DNA of 64,000 bases, from positions 1-64,000 of the forward strand of contig CDROCS010002027.1 in NCBI GenBank assembly GCA_977020255.1. The letters run 5' to 3'. Origin of the DNA: Obrimoposthia wandeli. Its lineage: Eukaryota. Positions within the stretch are counted from its first letter, which is position 1, and each line of letters opens with the position of its first letter. The position numbers and the translations under genes were made by a program. A model generated the notes under the pieces. It was not told where the DNA came from. It worked only from the letters and a program-made list of their open reading frames with translations, and ran no database searches. This document shows positions 13,035 to 22,061 of the stretch, one piece after another.

Positions 13035-13063
13035 AAAAAACCGATTTTAAATCGGTTTTTTTT
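13035..13063. terminator. Bidirectional intrinsic terminator between gltA and the VWA gene
   Basis: AAAAAACCGAT-tttaa-ATCGGTTTTTTTT. Confidence 0.85.
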
Positions 13064-13212
13064 CGCTTAGGTTAAACTTCTCTGGATTTCACTTCCGAAT
13101 ATAGCGACCACACAAAATACTGTTCCTTTTACAACCTGACCAAAACACTCATTCACATCTCAACCTTTTCGATTTATCTGAAACTTATGCTATCTAATGA
13201 TCGCTCGCTACG

Positions 13213-14988
13213 TTAAGCAGAAGCATCATCTATCAGCTTAGTTAAACGTAATTGTTGAATAAAAGCACTTCGATAACCATATTGGTCACTACCCTTCCCC
13301 TGTATCGCCAAATCTATAATTTGTGTCCATTCGAAATGACTTAGCTCATCGCTTTGACGCAATTTTTCAGCATATGCAGCCGCCGCTATCGCTAATTTAA
13401 AGCCACTTGAACTCTGCTCTAAACTTTTTAGCTTCTTTTGCTCTAACACTAAATTGTATTCAACAGATTTACTATTGTGTTGCTTTTTATAGCGCATTTT
13501 GAGAAAACCAATTTCACCATTGTTATCGAACTTCCTCAATTTTGCTGGCTGATAGCGCAGCTGCGTTTCGGTTTTATCAGTGTTATAAAATATTTCATAT
13601 ATCGCGGTTACACTTTGCCCTGAACCAATATCTCCTGCATCTTTAGTATCATTTTTAAAGTCTTCTTGCTTTAACAACCTATTTTCATAGCCTAGTAAGC
13701 GATATCGACTTACTACATTCGGATTAAATTCAACTTGTAATTTTGCATCATATGCGACGGTAACTAAATTTGATTTTAACTGCTGTACTAACACTTTTTG
13801 TGCTTCTTGAAGATTATCAATATAGGCTGCACTACCGTTTCCTGCATTGGAAAGCTCTTCCATTAGATAATCATTATAATTACCTTCACCAAAACCAAGC
13901 ACACTTAAACTCACGCCTGCTTTACGCTTTTCCTCAATAAAGCGTTTCATGTGAGCAGGGCTTTTCATACCTAGATTAAAGTCACCATCTGTTGCCAGTA
14001 GAATTCTATTAGCTCCATTTTTTATAAAATTCGCACCCGCTAACTGATATGCAAGCTCTAATCCATTTCCGCCATTTGTCCCACCGCCGGCTCGTAAATT
14101 ATTAATTACCCGCTTAATTTCATTTTTATCACTGCCAAGTGTTGAATTTAATGCAACATTAGCCTGCCCCGCATAGGTTACGATAGCAACGCAATCATTT
14201 GCAGTTAACTGAGCTGCTAATAAATTTAGGGATTTTTTTAATAAAGGTAATTTATTTGCACTGGACATTGATCCTGAAACATCAATCAAAAAAATCAAAT
14301 TACTGCCTTCGTTATTTTCAACATCTGCCGCTTGCAATGAAATTTTTAATAATTTTGCATCACCATTCCAAGGGCTTTGCGTCAGCTCGTAATCTAAACC
14401 GATAAGCTCATCACCTCTCTGTGAGTTAAGGTATTGGTAATCAAAGTAATTAATAATCTCCTCTGTCCTAACCGCATCAACAGGTGGCAATGCCCCTTGA
14501 TTGATAATACGCCTAACATTCGCAAAACTCGCCACATCTACGTCAGTACTAAATGTGCTGATTGGCTTAAGTGCTGGGTCTAAAAACTTGTTGCGGATAA
14601 GCGGTTTATAATTCTCACGGTTTACATTAAATAAATCCTGTTGAGTATTACTTGGATTGTGTAATAAAGAAGCTACACCTGTACTTGATTTATGGCTAAC
14701 CTCTTCCTTTATTTGGTTAATTGATGATCTTTTTACCAAATCATCTGACAAGATGTTAATTTCAGAATTAGCAGCACCAGAAACGCCTACAGGTGACGAC
14801 CTAAGCTGCATAGACAAAGCCGCCACATACTTGTTACTTTTCTTAATGGCTAATGACTGCCCTATTTGAGCGATAGAATTGGCGCCCAGATCGACATGTT
14901 TTGATGTTATCTGGGTGCAAGCAGCATGAGCAGCGGATGCCATAAGTGTTGTACAAAGTGTCAAAGGTAATGCATTTATAAACTTCAT
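13213..14988 (-). CDS. Exported VWA-domain protein, YfbK-like (vWF_A + VWA + DUF3520-type C-terminus); likely start MKFINALP at 14988
   Basis: Signal peptide ending AAHA, STFSTDVDVASFANVRR, EEIINYF, MIDAS DVSGSM, LATDGDFN, YRLLGYENR, DAGDIGSG. Confidence 0.88.
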   Translation of the reverse strand: MKFINALPLTLCTTLMASAAHAACTQITSKHVDLGANSIAQIGQSLAIKKSNKYVAALSMQLRSSPVGVSGAANSEINILSDDLVKRSSINQIKEEVSHKSSTGVASLLHNPSNTQQDLFNVNRENYKPLIRNKFLDPALKPISTFSTDVDVASFANVRRIINQGALPPVDAVRTEEIINYFDYQYLNSQRGDELIGLDYELTQSPWNGDAKLLKISLQAADVENNEGSNLIFLIDVSGSMSSANKLPLLKKSLNLLAAQLTANDCVAIVTYAGQANVALNSTLGSDKNEIKRVINNLRAGGGTNGGNGLELAYQLAGANFIKNGANRILLATDGDFNLGMKSPAHMKRFIEEKRKAGVSLSVLGFGEGNYNDYLMEELSNAGNGSAAYIDNLQEAQKVLVQQLKSNLVTVAYDAKLQVEFNPNVVSRYRLLGYENRLLKQEDFKNDTKDAGDIGSGQSVTAIYEIFYNTDKTETQLRYQPAKLRKFDNNGEIGFLKMRYKKQHNSKSVEYNLVLEQKKLKSLEQSSSGFKLAIAAAAYAEKLRQSDELSHFEWTQIIDLAIQGKGSDQYGYRSAFIQQLRLTKLIDDASA

Positions 14989-15196
14989 AGGATACCCATT
15001 CAAGTTAATTATTCTGCTCAAATATCTAGGCGATACTTAAACGATTCACAGCTTTAGTATTCTTACTAAAATCGCATTCTTGATTGCGTTTCAATAAGAG
15101 AAAAAGCTGACTAGATCTAATTTTAATTAAATTGCTGACTAGTAATAATCAAATATTATTTATAGAATGGTCTTCTCATTAAGAAGATATTATGAT

Positions 15197-16072
15197 ATGT
15201 CAAATTTATATAGCAAAGTTCATCGGCTAAAGTCGCAAGGCTGGACTTGGAATTTTTTTTTGCAGCAAATAGATCTCATTTATACCGGCGGTATAGATGA
15301 AAAGACGTTACTTGCCTTATACAGACAACCTCATAGGAAATCATCTGCACATGTAAGTAAAGTTATTACAACCTTGCATGATCGCACTTTCCCCTCGCCT
15401 TTTCCCAAAGACACCCAGGCTTTGCTTGCCATATATAACCGTTTAAGCAATAACAAAAATAATGCTAGTTTTAACGATGACGTTAATGACTTTATCACCT
15501 TTTTAAACGAAGACTTACAACACGGCTCAACCTTAAGACAGGCCAGGTTACATTGGATTAAAGCAGACATCCACTTAGATCAAATTTCTCCTTTACGCAT
15601 AAATGGTAAAAAGTTAGCTTTAGTAACACAGCGAGAATTAGCACTTTATCATTACCAACAAAGCTATGAATTATTGAAAGAATTTAATAGCGCTAACGAT
15701 CGAGAGAACCCTATGCCTATTGACGACTTTACACTTTATAAAGTACAACAAAATATGCTAGCGTGTTACTTAAATAGCTCGCATCCACAACTTCGGTATC
15801 AGGATAAAGATCTGCATAACTATTTATTGCACTCTAATTATATTAAAGATAGTAAAAAGACTCTTAACAGCGAACCTTATCAATGGATAATTGCTAGAAA
15901 TGGTTTGCGTTTTAGCTCCATACAGCAAAATATAGATAACTGTGAATATTTCTACCGGGCACTAGTTACTGCAAATTCGGCATTTGCCGATTTTGATTAC
16001 GCACCTTTAGGTGCACCTGCAATAATCAAGAGCGAAGATTTTAAATGGGCAACACAACAACTAACACCTTGA
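15197..16072 (+). CDS. Hypothetical protein (292 aa from MSNLYSK); helical, possible N-terminal DNA-binding module
   Basis: Long clean ORF divergent from the VWA gene; no family motif recognised. Confidence 0.7.
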   Translation: MSNLYSKVHRLKSQGWTWNFFLQQIDLIYTGGIDEKTLLALYRQPHRKSSAHVSKVITTLHDRTFPSPFPKDTQALLAIYNRLSNNKNNASFNDDVNDFITFLNEDLQHGSTLRQARLHWIKADIHLDQISPLRINGKKLALVTQRELALYHYQQSYELLKEFNSANDRENPMPIDDFTLYKVQQNMLACYLNSSHPQLRYQDKDLHNYLLHSNYIKDSKKTLNSEPYQWIIARNGLRFSSIQQNIDNCEYFYRALVTANSAFADFDYAPLGAPAIIKSEDFKWATQQLTP

Positions 16073-16080
16073 AGGGTAAA

Positions 16081-16443
16081 ATGAAAACACCAATCGTCAC
16101 TCTGTTTTTTCTGTTTCTTATAAGTAGCTGCGGCTTTAACACCGATACTGATAATTCGTCTGATGCTAAAAACCCGGCAGAAACGGCTATTTCTATCGAA
16201 AAATCAACATCTTCCAAAAAAGAAGCTTCAACACCAAATCAAAAGCAGCCAGTTTCAAAAAGCCAGACCATTGAGCAAGAATCAATAAATTCCGCTGATA
16301 TAGCTGATGATCAAATCCGCCAATCCCCGAACAGCGATAAAGCCTCTACTTCTTATAAAGCTAAAAAGCTGCAGCACAGCACTGAAAACCCAACAATTAA
16401 ACCAATCATTACTGAAGAGGATGACATGCCGCGACTGGATTGA
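16081..16443 (+). CDS. Small lipoprotein with low-complexity, probably disordered body
   Basis: MKTPIVTLFFLFLISS-C lipobox; GAAGGG RBS; S/T/K/Q/D-rich remainder. Confidence 0.7.
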   Translation: MKTPIVTLFFLFLISSCGFNTDTDNSSDAKNPAETAISIEKSTSSKKEASTPNQKQPVSKSQTIEQESINSADIADDQIRQSPNSDKASTSYKAKKLQHSTENPTIKPIITEEDDMPRLD

Positions 16444-16625
16444 TGAACCATGCAAATATTTTTCACTTAAAGCCTTCATGTCACTTTTATGACGAATTTT
16501 TAATACAAATTATTAGTAGTTATATTATTTTGATTACCTGTTAAGTTGCGAGATGAACTACAAATTCTAGGAAAGCATAGGTATAATTGTAGCTTTCTTA
16601 ACGCTATTTAATATGCAGGAATCTC

Positions 16626-18113
16626 ATGACCGTTCGTACTCGTATAGCCCCATCTCCTACTGGTGATCCACATGTCGGCACAGCTTACATAGCACTCTTT
16701 AATTTAGCGTTTGCCAAGCAGCATGGTGGAAAATTCATCTTGCGCATCGAAGATACCGATCAAACTAGAAGCACTACCCAATCTGAAAAAACCATTTTAG
16801 ATTCGCTTCGTTGGTTAGGCCTTGATTGGGATGAAGGTCCTGATATAGGTGGAGAGTACGGTCCATATAGACAAAGCGAGCGCAAAGATATTTACGCAAA
16901 ATACGCGCAGCAACTTATTGACGCCGACCATGCCTTTCGCTGTTATTTAACTGGCGAAGAACTCGACTTTATTCGTAACTCACGCCGTGAACAAGGCCTA
17001 CCGGCCGCCATGCACGAAAGCGCCTTAAAACTGCCAGAAGAAGAACTACAAAAAAGAGTCGCTCAAAATGCTCCATTTGTAGTAAGAATGAAAATCCCCA
17101 GCGAAGGTACTTGCGAATTTAACGACATGCTGAGAGGGAAGATTGAAATTGAATGGTCAATGGTTGATGCACAAATTCTTTTAAAGTCTGACGGCATGCC
17201 TACTTACCACTTGGCCAACGTCGTTGATGATCACCTTATGAAAATCACTCACGTGTTACGTGGTGAAGAATGGATTAATTCGGCCCCTAAACATCAGCTT
17301 TTGTATAAGTACTTTAATTGGGACATGCCAACTTTATGCCACATGCCACTTTTGCGTAATCCTGATAAGTCAAAATTATCAAAACGTAAAAACCCAACCA
17401 GTATTTTATATTATCAACGCATGGGCTATATGCCTGAAGGCCTTCTTAACTATTTAGGGCGCATGGGCTGGTCAATGCCTGATGAAAGAGAGAAGTTCAG
17501 CCGCGATGAAATGTTTGAGCATTTTGATATTCAAAGAGTGTCGTTGGGTGGCCCAATTTTCGATCAAACTAAACTTAGCTGGTTAAACGGACTCTGGTTG
17601 CGCGAAAACTTATCAACCGCTGAATTCGCCATTCAATTTCAAAAATGGGCATTAAATCCTGAGTATTTAATGCAGATCATTCCGCTAATTCAGCAGCGTG
17701 TAGAGAAATTTTCCGACGTAGCTCCCATTGCAAATTTCTTTTTGTCTGGGATGTTAGAACTAAGCGAAGATGACTTTAAGCATAAAAGCCTAGAACTAGC
17801 TGATACGCGCAAAATTCTACAGTTTGTCACTTGGACACTAGATACACATGATGCTTGGGACAAGGATGCACTTTTTACTTGCCTCAAGCAATTAGCTGAT
17901 AATATGCAATTAAAAATACGTGATCTACTATTCCCTATTTTTGTGGCTATTTCTGGCAGCAGCCAAAGTGTTTCAATTATCGACTCTATGGCTATTTTAG
18001 GTCCTGATATGAGCCGCGCTAGAACACGGCATGCTTTGAACACTTTAGGCACTGCATCGAAAAAAGAAGCTAAGCGCTGGGAAAAAGAATTTAAAGCACT
18101 AGCTCAAGCTTGA
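16626..18113 (+). CDS. gltX: Glutamate--tRNA ligase
   Basis: [15 protein letters not shown] (HIGH-like), LRIEDTD, KLSKR (KMSKS-like). Confidence 0.97.
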   Translation: MTVRTRIAPSPTGDPHVGTAYIALFNLAFAKQHGGKFILRIEDTDQTRSTTQSEKTILDSLRWLGLDWDEGPDIGGEYGPYRQSERKDIYAKYAQQLIDADHAFRCYLTGEELDFIRNSRREQGLPAAMHESALKLPEEELQKRVAQNAPFVVRMKIPSEGTCEFNDMLRGKIEIEWSMVDAQILLKSDGMPTYHLANVVDDHLMKITHVLRGEEWINSAPKHQLLYKYFNWDMPTLCHMPLLRNPDKSKLSKRKNPTSILYYQRMGYMPEGLLNYLGRMGWSMPDEREKFSRDEMFEHFDIQRVSLGGPIFDQTKLSWLNGLWLRENLSTAEFAIQFQKWALNPEYLMQIIPLIQQRVEKFSDVAPIANFFLSGMLELSEDDFKHKSLELADTRKILQFVTWTLDTHDAWDKDALFTCLKQLADNMQLKIRDLLFPIFVAISGSSQSVSIIDSMAILGPDMSRARTRHALNTLGTASKKEAKRWEKEFKALAQA

Positions 18114-18311
18114 TTAATTGAGCATATCTCAATAGTAATTTTTTATCAGCGCACTAAAACATTGATAATATAACCACTAAATATCTGCCTTTGCTTAATC
18201 CAAACAATGATATTTAGTGCTTATCAAACCTAATTGACAGAGTATTTATAAACTCTTTTGCAGCTGATTGTGATTAATTAGTTTTTTGCAGTAAAATGTT
18301 AAACTTAGCTA

Positions 18312-18346
18312 TTGATTTTAATTCCCAATATGGCAAAATACGCGCC
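18312..18346 (+). promoter_or_regulatory. Putative sigma70 stable-RNA promoter for the tRNA pair
   Basis: TTGATT-16-CAAAAT with extended -10 TG and GC-rich discriminator ACGCGCC. Confidence 0.45.
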
Positions 18347-18374
18347 TCTTTAGAGATGAATATGTAATAAAAAA

Positions 18375-18450
18375 GGGGCCATAGCTCAGCTGGTAGAGCG
18401 CAACGCTGGCAGCGTTGAGGTCAGGAGTTCGACCCTCCTTGGCTCCACCA
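18375..18450 (+). tRNA. tRNA-Ala(GGC)
   Basis: 76 nt GGGGCCA...TGGCTCCACCA, D loop AGCTGGTA, anticodon arm CAACG-CTGGCAG-CGTTG, GTTCGA T loop, encoded CCA. Confidence 0.97.
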
Positions 18451-18468
18451 TATTCACTGTTTAAAAAC

Positions 18469-18544
18469 GGGGCCATAGCTCAGCTGGTAGAGCGCAACGC
18501 TGGCAGCGTTGAGGTCAGGAGTTCGACCCTCCTTGGCTCCACCA
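18469..18544 (+). tRNA. tRNA-Ala(GGC), identical second copy
   Basis: Same 76-nt sequence after an 18-nt spacer. Confidence 0.97.
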
Positions 18545-18653
18545 CTATTTTCACCCTTCACCCAAAATTACTTGAATAATAATTACTATCAATTACTTTT
18601 TATTGTTTTCATTCTTAATACTCACTCTTTGCATGTACTAGTTTTTTTAACAA

Positions 18654-19877
18654 CTACCTTTCCTCATGCCACACCGCAAAATATTGCATATTAATCATTG
18701 CCAATAACGGGATGATTAACAATAACAACACTAAGCTAACTGCGAAAGGCGCTTGCAAGCCACTTTGCTGAATTAACACCACAATAACTGAAGCGCCTAC
18801 CATTTGCACAAAACCTAGCAAAGAAGATGCCGTTGCCGCTCTATCACCGAATTGAGCAAGCGCCATGCTGGTAGCAGGCCCTAGCAGCAAAGACAAACCA
18901 GCACTAAGCAATGAAATAGGTAGCATAAAACCTAATGCAGCAACCACTGCCTCATGCTCATAGCGACTTAATAACCACTCACAACAAAGCAGAATTATCG
19001 CCGAGCCCAGCATAAATAATAAAGCAAGCTTAACTACCGGTACGTTACCAAACCGCCTAATCAACACTGGAGCCACAAAACAACAAACAATACTTACCAC
19101 TGCATTCAAACCAAACAACATACTAAAAAGGCTTTGTGATACCTGTAAATGCTCGATCAACCAAATAGGTGCATAACTCACATAGCTTAATATCCCCGCC
19201 ATCGCAGACATACAACATACAGCATAAAAAATAAAATACTTGTTAACTAAAACCGAATGATACCCCTGCCAATTATACAAACTAATTACTTTGGCACTAT
19301 GAACCGTCTCATTTTTCAACGTTTCTGGTAAATAGACATATACTATACATAATACTATAAAGGCATAAACCGCCATAAATACAAACGTAGAACGCCAGCC
19401 AAAATAGCTAGCTAGAAAGCTACCGAACATCGGCGCTAATGCTGGCACTATACTGAGAACACCATTTAAATAGCTGTAAATTTTAGCCCTGCGCTGATAA
19501 GAATAGGTATCGCGAACAACACTAAATATAATAACTGAAACCGAACAAGCAGCAAGCCCTTGCAACAAACGACTAAGCTGTACTAACCACAAATCAACCG
19601 CGACAGAACAAGCGATACTGCTTAATACGTAGACAACTAAACCGAGTAGAGCGAATGGTTTACGCCCATATCGATCAGCCAACGGGCCAACAATTATTTG
19701 CCCAAGCCCCATCGCAAAAAAGAAGATAGTGATGATTGATTGAATCTCAGCTGCAGATGCTTGGAACTCGACAGCCATAACTGGCACAGATGACAAATAA
19801 ATATCAATAGCCATCGGACTCAAAACGACCATAGTCATCAATATAAAAAGGATTTTAGGGTGCATATATAATATCAA
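18654..19877 (-). CDS. Bcr/CflA-family MFS drug:H+ antiporter
   Basis: SPMAIDIYLSSVP, GPLADRYGRKP motif A, about 12 TM segments. Confidence 0.9.
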   Translation of the reverse strand: MILYMHPKILFILMTMVVLSPMAIDIYLSSVPVMAVEFQASAAEIQSIITIFFFAMGLGQIIVGPLADRYGRKPFALLGLVVYVLSSIACSVAVDLWLVQLSRLLQGLAACSVSVIIFSVVRDTYSYQRRAKIYSYLNGVLSIVPALAPMFGSFLASYFGWRSTFVFMAVYAFIVLCIVYVYLPETLKNETVHSAKVISLYNWQGYHSVLVNKYFIFYAVCCMSAMAGILSYVSYAPIWLIEHLQVSQSLFSMLFGLNAVVSIVCCFVAPVLIRRFGNVPVVKLALLFMLGSAIILLCCEWLLSRYEHEAVVAALGFMLPISLLSAGLSLLLGPATSMALAQFGDRAATASSLLGFVQMVGASVIVVLIQQSGLQAPFAVSLVLLLLIIPLLAMINMQYFAVWHEER

Positions 19878-19968
19878 AAGAAACTAAAAAAAGAACACCC
19901 AGACGAAACGCTCTATAAAAACAAAAAACCACATAAATAACATAAGCTACAATCAATAAAACTATATA

Positions 19969-20655
19969 TTAAAAATCATCCTCGTTAAACGCTTCATCTA
20001 TAGCACCATCTCTAACTGCCTGCTCGCGTAACCCAAGATAAGCATCTCGAATAAATATATATTCATCACCTGATATCAAAGCCTCTGCATTAAATAACTG
20101 CGCTCTGTTATTAAGTAATCGAACTGAATAACCAACATTTCGCGTAGGAACATCCTCTACATAACGCCAGGCATCTAGTGGCACAAAGCTAGCAGGTGCA
20201 TCCCTTAGCGAGCTGGGCCCAAAAAAAGGCATCACGAAATACGGACCTGCAGGAACACCCCAAGCACCTAATGTCTGGCCAAAATCCTCAGCGTGCTTTT
20301 CAAGCCCCATTCCTGAAGACACATCGATCAAGCCACCTAAACCTATGGTAGTATTAAACGTTACGCGCGCTAAGTCGACACCTGCATCTGCAAACTTAAA
20401 CTGCAGCACATTATTAACCATAGTACCTACATCACGAATATTCGCAAAAAAATTACCTACTCCGGCTTCTATGATATCAGGGGTTATGGCTTTATACCCT
20501 TGAGCTAACGGCTTTAAAGCAACCGTATCTAGCACATTATTAAACCCATAGATTTTTCTATTAACTTTTTCTAGTGGATCAACATTATCATTTGCCTGTA
20601 CAGCAAACGAAATAATCATAATCACACTCAGTATAGCAGTTCTAGCTATGCTCAC
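19969..20655 (-). CDS. mlaA: MlaA/VacJ-family outer-membrane lipid asymmetry protein
   Basis: DPLEKVNRKIYGFN, NTTIGLGGLID, EDFGQTLGAWGVPAGPYFVMPFFGPS, YIFIRDAY. Confidence 0.9.
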   Translation of the reverse strand: MSIARTAILSVIMIISFAVQANDNVDPLEKVNRKIYGFNNVLDTVALKPLAQGYKAITPDIIEAGVGNFFANIRDVGTMVNNVLQFKFADAGVDLARVTFNTTIGLGGLIDVSSGMGLEKHAEDFGQTLGAWGVPAGPYFVMPFFGPSSLRDAPASFVPLDAWRYVEDVPTRNVGYSVRLLNNRAQLFNAEALISGDEYIFIRDAYLGLREQAVRDGAIDEAFNEDDF

Positions 20656-20723
20656 GTTAAACCCTCGACACTAACAATAAATATTTAGATCACATTATAA
20701 CATCAAAAGCTGGTTTTTTGAGC

Positions 20724-20750
20724 AAAAAAAAAGCTCCTTTCGGAGCTTTT
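20724..20750 (-). terminator. Intrinsic terminator after the porin gene
   Basis: AAAAGCTCC-tttc-GGAGCTTTT; T run follows on the minus strand. Confidence 0.85.
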
Positions 20751-20767
20751 ATAAAATGTATTAAGAA

Positions 20768-21709
20768 TTAGAACTTAACACGGTAACCAACAGTAAATCT
20801 GTTGAATTCAGTATCTGCATTAGCTGCATCAGTTGCATTGTGTCTAGCAACTTCTGTGTAAATGTCAGCACTTCCACCTAGATCGTGGTAAACACCAAGC
20901 ATTACACGATCTTTTTCAATGTCACCAGCGCCTTCCATTCTAGCATAGCCGAAACCGTAACCAGTTTTACCTGAAGTGTATTTCGCAGCAAAATCAACAA
21001 CTTGATTATCTGCAACATCTTCATCTTCAAGGTTTAAACCAAGGTATATTCCATTGGCATTATATGCAATACCGATAGAACCAGATTCAAGTTCACTAGA
21101 ATTTGCCGCTGTATCTGTGTAATCAGCATCCATGTAGGCTGCTTGTACTGTAACAGCGCCGAATGTTCCACCGATACGAGCTACATATCCATCTACATCT
21201 TCAAATGTTTCATCGCTGCCTTCGCCTTCAGCGATCAGGCCTAGAGTTGCAGTTAGACCACTAAAAGATGGAGTTGTATATGCTAGAGCATTACCGATAC
21301 GGAAAGGAGTCTGCTCGTATACACCTGAGTTTTGCTCGAAAATATCAGCAACATATGTAGCAGTCATTGGGTTAGTGAAACGACCTACTACAACCTTACC
21401 GAAGTCACCTTTAACGCCAGCATTCATTTGACGAACACTTAAAGAAGTAGAGTTCAATGTGCTGTTGTTAGACGAACGAGGGCTGTTACCGAAAGATAAT
21501 TCGATTTGATAGAAAGAAGTTAAACCACTATCCATCTGTGAAGAACCTTTAACGCCAAGACGTGCACCAGCATTTTGAATAGCTACATCTTTATCTTCTT
21601 GAACAACTATACGTTCATGAACACGACCGTAAAGTGTAGCATCTGCTTGAGCGATCATTGGCGCAGTCATTGCACCAGCAACAGCTAGAGCGATAATTGA
21701 CTTTTTCAT
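20768..21709 (-). CDS. Gram-negative trimeric porin
   Basis: Signal peptide, ATLYG, RLGVKG, Y.TP.FSG, C-terminal YRVKF. Confidence 0.9.
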   Translation of the reverse strand: MKKSIIALAVAGAMTAPMIAQADATLYGRVHERIVVQEDKDVAIQNAGARLGVKGSSQMDSGLTSFYQIELSFGNSPRSSNNSTLNSTSLSVRQMNAGVKGDFGKVVVGRFTNPMTATYVADIFEQNSGVYEQTPFRIGNALAYTTPSFSGLTATLGLIAEGEGSDETFEDVDGYVARIGGTFGAVTVQAAYMDADYTDTAANSSELESGSIGIAYNANGIYLGLNLEDEDVADNQVVDFAAKYTSGKTGYGFGYARMEGAGDIEKDRVMLGVYHDLGGSADIYTEVARHNATDAANADTEFNRFTVGYRVKF

Positions 21710-22061
21710 TTTTAATTTCCCCTTAAATATTCAATATACTAGTAGTGAATGTTTTATTTCTAGTTTCTTTTAATGCGTTATCCAACTTAAGTATAGTCGG
21801 TAATGCACTGAAAAAATACTACATATTTAGAATAATTTAAATATAAAACTACATTTTTTATTTGCTAACTGTATTTATATTCAATTCGTTACTACAACAA
21901 GCTGCTTAATTAGGTTACTCATAAACATCTACCGGACAGCTAAAAGCAACTCAGTTGTAATTTATTGCCGAATTAAACCACAAGGCCATCAACAGTGCAA
22001 CTCTTTAAAAAAGTTCCCTCTTTATGAAAAATATATACAAAAACCTCTGATCCCTTTAGTC

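Noticed and set aside
18545-18653. Integrative element at the tRNA-Ala 3' end
   Set aside because: No integrase, no duplicated tRNA 3' fragment; ordinary MFS gene follows
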